A stretch of 64,000 bases of DNA. It comes from Octopus vulgaris. Lineage: Eukaryota. Location of the stretch: NCBI GenBank assembly GCA_951406725.2, contig OX597834.1, positions 20,150,001-20,214,000 on the forward strand, written 5' to 3'. The translations under genes and the position numbers were made by a program. Below are positions 53,589 through 64,000 of the stretch, in pieces; position 1 is the first letter of the stretch; every line of letters begins with the position of its first letter. Below the pieces are notes generated by a model. It was given only the letters and a program-made list of their open reading frames with translations. It did not search any database and had not been told where the DNA came from.

Positions 53589-54929
53589 TATGTTGTGGTT
53601 TCCTGTCACTAAATAAATACTATAGGACCCAATGCATAGATCTACTCAATTGGGGCTGAACTATGACTAAACAACAACCACGGCAACACCAACAGCAACT
53701 ACAACGACCACCTATAGCCCCTGGCTAAACAATTAGTATCTCTGTATTCTTCCGACTGACAAAGTCTGTAAATGTTAACTTAATTCCTATGAAATCAATC
53801 TGTCTGAGACCACCTCTTGTTGCATGTTAGCAATAATCTTAATTAAAATGTTCAGATTTAAATTAAAATTGTGTCTGAAAACTCATTAAGTTGCACTAAT
53901 AGCTGCTATAATTAGATTGGATTTGCAGTGAAAATTCCATTATAGTTTTATGAAGAACTATTTTTTTTTTCTTTTTGTGTATTTGTTATTTACATAATAT
54001 TTCAGATACTTGTGTAAGTTTGATATATCAAGAAATAGACAAACAGTGGAGTCTATGTGTAGTTGTTTTTATCTGCTAGAAATAGCAGCCAAAAATTCTT
54101 CCTCCTCATATCACACCTTGCTGTCTTTTCTTGTGTTTGGGAAAAAGGTCGAGTAAGCATCAGTTGGATGTCTGATCATATATCTAGTGTTGCCTTAACC
54201 CTTTAGCATTTAAGCCAGCTATATCCAACCAAAATATTCTGCTGGCTTTATGTTGAAGCTAGCCAAATCCAGCGTCTCACACTTACTCTACAATGTTAAT
54301 CCAAAATTTAACAACCACATCTTCAAAATTTTGTAACTACAAGATAATACAAGATTAAATTTTAGAAATATGTATACATATATTTATATATATCTGTGTG
54401 TGTGTATGTTTTTGTGTCTATGTTTGTCCCCCCACTGCTACTTGACAACTGGCGTTGGTGTGTTTACATCCTCATAACTTAGCAGACTGGCAAAAGAAAC
54501 TGATAGAATAAGTACTAGGCATAAAATATAAGTCTTGGGATCAATTTGGAAAAAATACGTTTCTAAATCTCTCTGAGAGATTTATGCAGTAGCAGCATGA
54601 TAAAGTGATAGGATGTTGTCAACTTAATATGACAGTCCCATGAAAGGGAAGAATGCTACTGTTATTTAGCCCTAGGAAATACCGTTTCTTGTTGGACTTG
54701 ACACAGGAAATATGTTTGTCTATTTCTTGATATATAAAACAGATATATAGATATATGTATACAATGGGCTTCTTTCAGTTTCCATCTACCAAATCCACTC
54801 ATAAGGCTTTGGTCGGCCCGAGGGTATATTAGAAGATGCCTAAGATGCCACGCAGTGGGATTGAACTCGGAACCATGTGGCTTTGAAGCAAGCTTCTTAC
54901 CACAAAAATTTTATGAGAAAACTAGGCAT

Positions 54930-55924
54930 TATTAACTGCCTCTTCACTGTATCCCAACTGGAATACGCTGCCATGCTTCCAATTAATTTTGAAGAATGAA
55001 AATGAAGAATTTAGCAAAATAATTGCATCATTATTAAGCTGATGTTTAGAACATAAATTAACGAGAAATTTTGGTGGAAGGTTTTAATTTAGATCTCTTT
55101 AACCCTTTGTTACCATATTTCTGTTGAAATATGCCATGTTTTGCTTCAATTAATTTTGGCAATATTGAAGAATTAAGCTGAATATCTTTTGTCATTATCA
55201 ATCTGTTGTTTGGAACATAAGTTAACATGAAATTTTGCATGGAAATTCTTAATTTTAGATTACTTTAAAACATGGAATGTGTATCACAGGACCAAAGGTA
55301 GTCTGAGATTGGTTGGCAGACAAGAACCAAAAAGACTGCTTCAAGTATTTGTCATTCTGTAAAAGACACAGAAAAATCCACTTAACAACTACATAAGATC
55401 CCCCACCCCACCCCACCCTCACCGCTGCCCTTTTTTTTACCATATTTTTGTTGATATACACTGCCTTCGTTTCAGTTTATTTGGAAAATAATTAAGAATT
55501 TTGTGAAATCACTTTGTCATTATTAATTTGGAGTTTGGAACAAATTAACATCAAATTTTGATCACTTTCAAACCGGAAGTTTGTATCGTAGAACCAGGTT
55601 TGGTATCAGGAAGGTTGGCATCAAAATGGTTAAATCTTTTGTTACCACATTCCTGTTGAAATACACTGCCTTTCTTTCAATTTATTTGGAAAATAACGAA
55701 GAATATAATAAAATAACTTTGCTGTTATTTAAGCCGGTGTTTGGAACATAAATGAACATATAGGCGCAGGAGTGGCTGTGTGGTAAGTAGCTTGCTAACC
55801 AACCACATGGTTCCGGGTTCAGTACCACTGCGTGGCATCTTGGGCAAGTGTCTTCTGCTATAGCCCCGGGCCGACCAATGCCTTGTGAGTGGATTTGGTA
55901 GACAGAAACTGAAAGAAGCCTATC

Positions 55925-56006
<82 letters not shown>

Positions 56007-56326
56007 TTGTGTGTCTGTGTTTGTCCCCCTAGCATTGCTTGACAACCGATGCTGGTGTGTTTACGTCCCCGTAACTTAGTGGTTCCGCAAAAGAAACCGA
56101 TAGAATAAGTACTGGGCTTACAAAGAATAAGTCCCGGGGTCGATTTGCTCGACTAAAGGCGGTGTTCCAGCATGGCCGCAGTCAAATGACTGAAACAAGT
56201 GAAAGAGTAAAGAGTAATAGTATACAATATTAATGGAAGGTTTTTAATTCAGATCACTTTTAAACTGGAAGTTTGGACAATAGCATCAGAGTTTATCTCA
56301 AGCAAGTTGGTCGCAAAAGGGTTTAA
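54930..56326 (+). mobile_element. Cluster of ~4 piggyBac-like MITE copies, the last interrupted by a SINE
   Basis: Repeated TTAACCCTTTGTTACCATATTTCTGTTGAAAT..TTTGGAACATAAATTAAC..AAAAGGGTT; related to the reverse complement of 49288-49507. Confidence 0.65.
55762..56216 (+). mobile_element. tRNA-derived SINE family B, full-length reference copy
   Basis: GGCGCAGGAGTGGCTGTGTGGTAAG (A-box-like), GGTTCAGTACC (B-box-like), TTGGGCAAGTGTCTT CORE-like segment, internal (TA)n(TG)n, 3' CAGTC-AAAT-GACTG hairpin, AAAGAGT tail. Confidence 0.85.
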
Positions 56327-56477
56327 GAAGGTTGTGCACAAAATTAAACAAGAGGCATTAAGCTGTTGTTATGCCTGAAAAAATAAGATGGGATGGTCTT
56401 GGTTGGAATCCTTTTAAGCAGAGTTTTGTTCTTTCAGAGCTGCCCTGGTTGTAAACAACAACAATTCTAACAAATTG

Positions 56478-56685
56478 CATTGTTCCACATCAAGCATTTT
56501 AAACAATTGGTCTCTATTTTTAATTGGCTGTATGTCTAACCATGTGACCTCTCTGATGTGCAGCTTATCTGTGAAACCCTGACCTCCATGTTGGGTTACA
56601 CCACTGGAGAAATTTATCATTGGAATCTGACAACATTGTCACATGGTTCTTGACCCTTGGATCGTTGCAAGTTAGAAACTCATTG
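56478..56685 (+). repeat. Diverged paralogue of 52437-52645 with a single partial minisatellite unit
   Basis: Shared TTGGCTGTATGTCTAACCATGTGACC..TTATCTGTGAAACCCTGACC..GGGTTACACCACTGGAGAAAT..CATTGTCACATGGTTCTTG. Confidence 0.85.
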
Positions 56686-57173
56686 AAACAAATTGAGAAG
56701 TAATAATGAGGATTGATAGGTCGGCTGCGTATCTTTGTGAGTAAGGCTCAGTGTGTATGTGTGTGTGTGATTGTGTAAAAGGATGTGTGTCTATTTGTGT
56801 ATATGTGTGTCTGTGTGTGTGTGTGTGATTGTGTATAAGTGTTTTGATGTGTTTATAAGTGTGTGTTTATGTATAAGAACCTGTGTGTGTTTGTGTATAA
56901 GCACTTGTGTGTATTTATGTATGAGGATGTGCATGTGTGTGTATGTGTTAGTATCTTGTGGAAAGCTTTGAGCATTATGTAGGTGTTTGTATATGTATAT
57001 ATGTGTGTGTGCGAGTGTATGTATCTGCATTTTGTGGATAACTTTATATAAGTTGTGTGTGTGTGTGTGTGTATATATATATACACACACACACATATGT
57101 ATATGTGTTCTGTAGATATATATATATATACATGTATATGTTTTGTATATATATATATAATATAATATATGTG

Positions 57174-57214
<41 letters not shown>

Positions 57215-57982
57215 TCTATAATATATATATGTGTGTGTGTTTGTGTGTGTGCACTGTGGAAATATGTGTATGTGTTGTATATACATATTTATGTATGTGT
57301 GCATGTTCTGAAGAAAATATTAATATATGCTTTGGTATTTTTATATATTTAAATGTTTATATAGATATATTTACATATATAGACATATTTACTTATGTGA
57401 TTGATGAAAATACAAAATACAATATCTGATAGTGTGTATTTTATGTGGTCAAATGTGTTCCTCCCATGACCATCCTGTCTTATCTGTTTTCGACAGATGC
57501 ATCTAGCACTAATTTTATTTGCTGTACCTTTCCTTTCAAACTGGCCAGATCTGGCTTCTCACTTCTTCCCTACAATGTCATTCCAAAAGTAAACAGTTGC
57601 AGGACCAAAATCTCAAAGCAATGAAATCATAAATTCAGAAAAAGTAGGAGAGAGAGAGAGAAAATTTAGAGAAGAACCACGAAGAGATTTCCTCATTAAA
57701 TGATTAAATGACGGATAAATTGTTTTTAGTTGCATCACAAGAAAGAAATCCAAATCTGCAATCAACTTGATTGAGAAAAATTAACACAACTTTTCTTTAA
57801 TTTGTTTTTGGATTATTAAATGCCATTGTTTTGTGGGCATTGTTGTTTTGTTGTTTAGTTGAATGACAAAAATAAACAAGCAAAATAAAACAAAACAAAA
57901 AAACACAGAACAGAGGAGAAATACCAACATTTTCAATAAAGTGAACTTTAAATATTTAAAAAGAAATGAATTTTTTTTCCTG

Positions 57983-58017
<35 letters not shown>

Positions 58018-58229
58018 AATTTTTCTCCTTTGTCCAGTTTTAAATCACTTTTTAGTCTTTTCAAATCTCTGTATAATGTCAAATGCTTTGCTCTAAATTA
58101 CTTGAAATACACAAATCAGTGAAAAACACACACACACACACATGCACGCATGCACACGCACACACACACACACACACAAAGTACAACAAAAGATACAGAC
58201 AATTAAAATGTATTTTGATTACAAGATAC

Positions 58230-58283
<54 letters not shown>

Positions 58284-59076
58284 CTGTCAGTCTACCTGTT
58301 TGTCTGTGCTTAAGAAAAGGTGAGAAAATGACCAGAAATATTTTCTGGGATGCTCTGAAAGAAGAATGGCAGAAAGTTCTGTCTCTGAGATTCTTGAAAT
58401 CTGATAATATAATATGGTATTATGTGGGTGCAGGCTTGGCTGTGTGGTTAAGAAGTTTGTTTCCTAATTGCATAGATTTAGGTTCAAACCCTCTGTGTAA
58501 CACCTTGGGCAAGAGTTTTCTACAATAGCACCTAGTCAAGTAAAGCTTTGTGAGTAGATTTGATTGAAGAAAACTGAAAGTATCCTCTGTGTGTGTATAT
58601 TCTTTAATTCTTTTACTTGTTTCAGTCATTTGACCACTGCTAAAGATTCCGCCAGCTCTTTGCATAGTGATAATAATAATAATAACAATAGTAATGATAG
58701 TGGTTTCAAATTTTGCCACAAGGGCAGCAATTTTGGAGGAGGGGATGAGTCAATTACATTGACCCCAGTGTTCAACTGGTACTAATTTTATTGACTCCGA
58801 AAGGATGAAAGATAACGCCGACCTCAGTGGAAAATAATGATAATAATAATAATCTTTTCTATTATAGGAACAGGCTCTCAGATTTAGGGGAGGGGTATAG
58901 TCGGATGCATAGACCCTAGTGCGTAACTGGTACTTATTTCATTGACCTCAAAAGGATGAAAGGCAAAGTCGACCTCGGTGGAATTTGAACTCAGAATGTA
59001 AAGACAGATGAAATACCACTCAGCATTTCGTCCAGTATGTTAACAATTTTGCCAGCTTGCTATCTTAAGGATAACA

Positions 59077-59545
59077 ACAAGAGCACTCAGAGACTGCAAA
59101 TCCCCACTAATGTCCTCTCAATGATTAGCCAGAGATGATTTTTAAATGGAGCCTGGTGCAGCTGCTGGCTCTCCAGACCTCACTTAAACCGTCCAACCAT
59201 GCCAGCATGGAAAACAGACGTTAATCGATGATGAGAATGATCATGATAATGATGATGATGATGATGATGAATGTCTGAAATAAACTTGACTGCTCTCACA
59301 AACAAGAATACTAAAAATGAACCCGACCGTTCTCAAAAATTAATTGAAAGAAGAGGAAAAATAATCCAGAATCCTTGTCTGATACCAGATCAATCCCAAA
59401 ATCTAATCAGTTTGTGCCAGTCACACGGCCAAACATCCTTAAAAGTTTCATCTGAATCTATCCAGTGGTTCTTGACATATCTTGCCCATGGACAAACAAA
59501 CAGGACTGTAAACAATACCACGGCCTTTGTGAAAGTGAAAGTAAT
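59077..59545 (+). mobile_element. Helentron/HINE-like element interrupted by a family D tail (59147-59270)
   Basis: ACAAGAGCACTCAGAGACTGCAAA start, CAAAATCTAATCAG..AAAGTTTCATC..GACAAACAAAC..AACAATACC end region; matches 15225-15343. Confidence 0.5.
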
Positions 59546-60194
59546 AAACCTTTCTGCAATAGGCACAGGACTGGAATTTGAGGTGGGGGAAAGAGCTAAC
59601 CGATTAAACTGACCCCAGTACTCAACTGGTATACTTATTTCATCGATCCTGAAAACATGAAAGGCAAAGTCGACCTTGGTGAAATTTGAATTCAGAACAT
59701 GCAAAAAAACGAATCGGACAAAGCACCACTAAGCATATCGTCCAGCACGCTGAGCCGCCAATTCTGCCAGCTTGCAATAATAATAGACAGTCTTCTTTCT
59801 GCAATATAATTATTATTAAAGTACTTTTCCATTGCGACATATAAACATTTGTTCTTCTTTTTTTTTTTATTTTTCTGGCACGTAATTTTTTCCCCCACCT
59901 GGCAGTTTTATGCATCTAATATGTTTTCTGTTAGTAAAGATGCCTTAGAGAGGTGTACATGTGCGTGTGTGTGTGTATGGAGGTGGGGGAGGATATTGTA
60001 CAAAAATCTCTCTTTTTTTTTGTTTTTTTTTGTTTTACGAGTGATATGAGCATCGAGATATTTTGGAACTTTTTCACATAGTTATTTCTGTGTTCCATTG
60101 TTCGGTGATGCTGTTGTTCTGTAGGTAAGCATCGACAATGGACAGCAACAGACTGCATTCACTGATTGAAATGCTTTATCAATATCTACGTACG

Positions 60195-60790
60195 TATGTC
60201 GCATGTGTGTATGGTGTGTGTATGTGTTGTGTGTGTGTATGTGTGTGTTGTGTGTATGTATATGTATTTGTGTGTGTGCATGTATGTTGTATATGTTTAT
60301 GTTGTGTGTATGTTTACATATGTATGTTATGCATGTATATGTATACTGTGTGTATGTGTGCATGTGTATATGTGTGTGTGTGCTGTATATATACTGTATG
60401 TATGTTGCATGAGTGTATGCTTATGTATGCATATATATGTTGAATGTGTATATGTGTATGTTGTGGTATGTATGTTGTGTGTGTGTGTATATGTGTGTGT
60501 TGTATATATGCTGTATGTATGTTGTGTGAGTGTATGCTTATGTATGCATGCTATGTGTGTATATGTATGTTGAATGTGTATATGTGTATGTTGTTGTATG
60601 TATGTTGTGTGTATATGTGTGTGTATGCTGTATATATGTTGTATGAATGTGTGTATAAGTATGCTGTGTATGAATATGTATGTTGTGCGTATGTGTGTGT
60701 GTATGTTGTTGTGTGTGTTTGCATATGTATGTTGTGTGTATGTGCATATGTATGTACATATGTATGTGTTGTGTGTGTATAAGTGTATAC
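60195..60790. repeat. (TG/TATG/TTG)n compound repeat with ~115-bp higher-order periodicity
   Basis: GAGTGTATGCTTATGTATGCAT recurs at ~60411 and ~60528. Confidence 0.85.
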
Positions 60791-61576
60791 ATGAAATTAG
60801 TCTCAAAATAGGAATATATTTATATGCCAGTGCGATTGTCTTTTATTGCATGTAGGTATGTTATATATTAGTAAATATAATTGACCACAAGGTTGCATGT
60901 CTGCCCCTCTCTTCCCCCCTCTCTATTTTACTCACACATGCACGCACACACACCACCACCATCCTCATCATCATCATCACTGTCATCATCCCCATTTAAC
61001 AACAGACTCCCATGTTGGCATAGGTTGGGAAATTTGACAAGATCTAAAGAGCTAGAGGACTGGCAAGCTCTAATATTTATTTCTTATCATGGTTGCTATG
61101 GCTGGATGCACCCTTTCTAACACCAACCGCTTTTTTTCATGGAGTGTTCTGGGTGCTTTTAGGAAAACACCGCACCTCTATTGAATGGGGTTGCTATAGA
61201 AAGGAAGATGAATTTATCCCAGGTGTTGAGGGACAGAGTGTAGGAAGGGCATCCAGCCTTAGAAATCATATCAAAGTTAACAACAGAGGTCAGCAGAGCC
61301 CTGCAGCTCTTTGGATCCTGTCTGACCATTCAAACCATCCAACATGGAAAATTATGACAATGGTATGTATGTGTGTGTGGGTGTATATATATTTTGTTGC
61401 GACTAGGGAGAGTCATGATGTCAATGTTAATAGCATACATACTCATTCAGTTCCACTCCTTTATTATTAGTCAATTGGTTAAATATCCAACTAACTAATC
61501 GATTGTTAGTTTAACTTGCTTAAACAATCACTCATTTGTCTTGTTTTTGTATGGTTTTTCTCTTTTTTCTCTCCAT

Positions 61577-61624
<48 letters not shown>

Positions 61625-61708
61625 CATACATGTATGCGTGTATATATCATACTGTTTGTGTGTGTGTGTGTGTTTATAGTATGCTTATATATATATATAT
61701 ATATAAAA

Positions 61709-61751
<43 letters not shown>

Positions 61752-62009
61752 TTTGTGTATACATATCATATATATATATATGTATATATATATATGTGTG
61801 TATACATATATATATATGTGTATATATATGTATACATGTGTAAAAGAAGAACAAAATATATATCAGTCATACATAGTGTAATATAAATATACATATATAC
61901 AAAATATATTAGTACTATATATATGTATATATACATGTATATAAATACATATACGTGTGTACAGACACCAAAATATAGAACTCAAGAAAAAATAAAACAC
62001 ATGGCGACC

Positions 62010-62058
<49 letters not shown>

Positions 62059-62509
62059 TACAGGGCTGGAACAGGTTTTCTATGTACCACATGTCAGGTG
62101 TTGAAGCGACTGCAAAGCAATGTTCGATGAAGTGTATTGCTCAAGAACACAATGTATCACCTGGTTCAGGAACTGAATCCACGATCTTGTGATTGTCAGA
62201 GCAGCACTTTAACCACTGGGTCATGTACTCTCAGACAAACATGTAGCTAATCAATTTATTTCTGCAGCAAATCTGGTGACCTTGGAGAAACAGACAAATA
62301 AGCATACTATAAACATTTACGATGTTGATAAAAGATATGAATGACAGGTTTCTGCACAAATTTCACAGACACACATAGATATATACCACAGGATATGAAA
62401 ATGTTTATGATACCCTACTGGCCTCGATCTTGATCACTCCTTCTCTCTCTCCTCTTTCTCCCTCTCTCTCTCTCTTTTCTCTTTCTCCCTCGCTCTGTCT
62501 CTCTCTCTG

Positions 62510-63052
62510 GGTATCCATGTATCTCCTCTACAGCAAGACACCTGTTTCTGTCTCCCTCTCACACTCTAACCTGTCATCATCTGACTCAAGATGCCCTCCT
62601 TCATTTCCCCCTCCCCTCTCAAATGATTTTTGTCTTGCAAGTCACTCGGTGACCCTGCCAGTGCTGGTGCCATGTGAACAACATTCAGTCCACACTGTAA
62701 AGTGGTTGGCATTTGGAAGGGCATCCAGTTGTAAGCACCTTGCTAAAACTGACCTTACCTGTACTTGGACCATGTAAAAAGCACTCAATCCACTCTGCAG
62801 AGTGGTTGGCATTCGGAAGGGCATCCAGCTGTAAAAACCAAGCCAAAACTGACCTTGCCTGCACTGGTTCCACGTAAAAAGCATTCAGTCCACACTGCAG
62901 GGTGGTTGGTGTTAGGAAGGGAATTCAGTCATAAAAACCATGCCAAAACAGACACAGAAGACTGATGCAGTCTTCTACCTGGCCAGATCCTGTCAAATCG
63001 TCCAACCCATGCCAGCATGGAAGGTGGATGTTAAATAATGATGATGATGATG
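62510..63052 (+). mobile_element. Family D (RTE-tail) element with triplicated internal module
   Basis: Three CCACACTG..GTGGTTGG..GGAAGGG modules, then CCAACCCATGCCAGCATGG and (GAT)n. Confidence 0.75.
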
Positions 63053-63299
63053 AGTTCACCACACCTAATTTATTCATCAACATGTGGCTCTCACAAAAGC
63101 GACTTACTCATTGTGCCGTGGACAAAATTTGTTAAGTGCAACTATAATGGGAACAGGGACATCAGGTTGCGCATTAAAATTCTAAAGATCTGATGCCCTA
63201 GCATGGCCAGTACCTCACTGGTTTGAACCAAATAATGTGATTTCCGTGCAATGCAGTTTTTAGTTCTTTTCCATTATAACACACAAACAAAAATTAATA

Positions 63300-63368
63300 T
63301 AAATAGTGTTATGTGTGTGTAGATGTGAGTGGGTGCACATATATATGTTTGTTGCATGTAAGTATATA

Positions 63369-63434
<66 letters not shown>

Positions 63435-63439
63435 TATAT

Positions 63440-63488
<49 letters not shown>

Positions 63489-63927
63489 ACACACAGATAT
63501 ATACATATGTATATGCATACACACAGACACACACACAGAATGTCTTTGTATGTATGTGTTCATATTAAAATAAGTGCTTTCATTAATATATATGATCGCA
63601 TGTAGGTGTATATATCTTTATAAAATCTGTGTAGGTGTATATAAGCAAGTGTGAAGCTCTCTCACTCATTTCTTTTATACAAGCATATGTTAATGCATAT
63701 ACAGACTTACATATATATACACACACACACATATATATATATATAAATGTATATACATGAATATATATATATATGTATGTATGTATAAACATTTATATGT
63801 ACATATATATATAAATGTATATACGTATATATATGTATATATAAATGTGTGTGTATATATATATATGTATGTATGTATGTATAAACATATATATGTATAT
63901 ATATATGTATGTATAAACATATATATG

Positions 63928-63962
<35 letters not shown>

Positions 63963-64000
63963 GTATAAATGTATATACATATATATATATGTATATATAA
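63300..64000. repeat. (TA)n/(CA)n compound microsatellites
   Basis: Seen directly. Confidence 0.9.

Noticed and set aside
53052-53616. ORFs with 22-aa Cys/His-containing repeats, superficially zinc-finger-like
   Set aside because: They arise from 66-bp units, are open on both strands, and are frameshifted by adjacent 65-bp units.
1-64000. Conserved microRNA hairpins
   Set aside because: I recognised no conserved bilaterian or mollusc mature miRNA by eye; lineage-specific ones cannot be excluded without a MirGeneDB search.

Overview
AT-rich, repeat-saturated animal DNA. The tRNA-headed SINE families, RTE-type LINE tails ending in (GAT)n and dense (TA)n/(CA)n/(AAT)n/(CAT)n microsatellites look like an octopus (cephalopod) genome; that assignment is inference from recalled repeat sequences. 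I recognise no intact host protein-coding exon, and nearly all ORFs in the track are microsatellite translations, so the window is probably intronic or intergenic. Supportable features: a degenerate U2 snRNA copy fused to a retroposon 3' tail; an RTE-like LINE remnant; a 5'-truncated R4/Dong-like retrotransposon in a (TAA)n tract; a decayed maT/DD37D-type Tc1/mariner transposon carrying a perfect 83-bp foldback; mariner-, hAT- and piggyBac-type MITEs, including a triple nest; a cleanly inserted non-autonomous Helitron; Penelope-like repeats with hammerhead-like cores; multimeric SINEs; a 65/66-bp minisatellite with its unexpanded ancestor nearby; and a candidate recursive splice site with RS-exon at 51.8 kb. 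Coordinates were read by eye and repeat boundaries are approximate.
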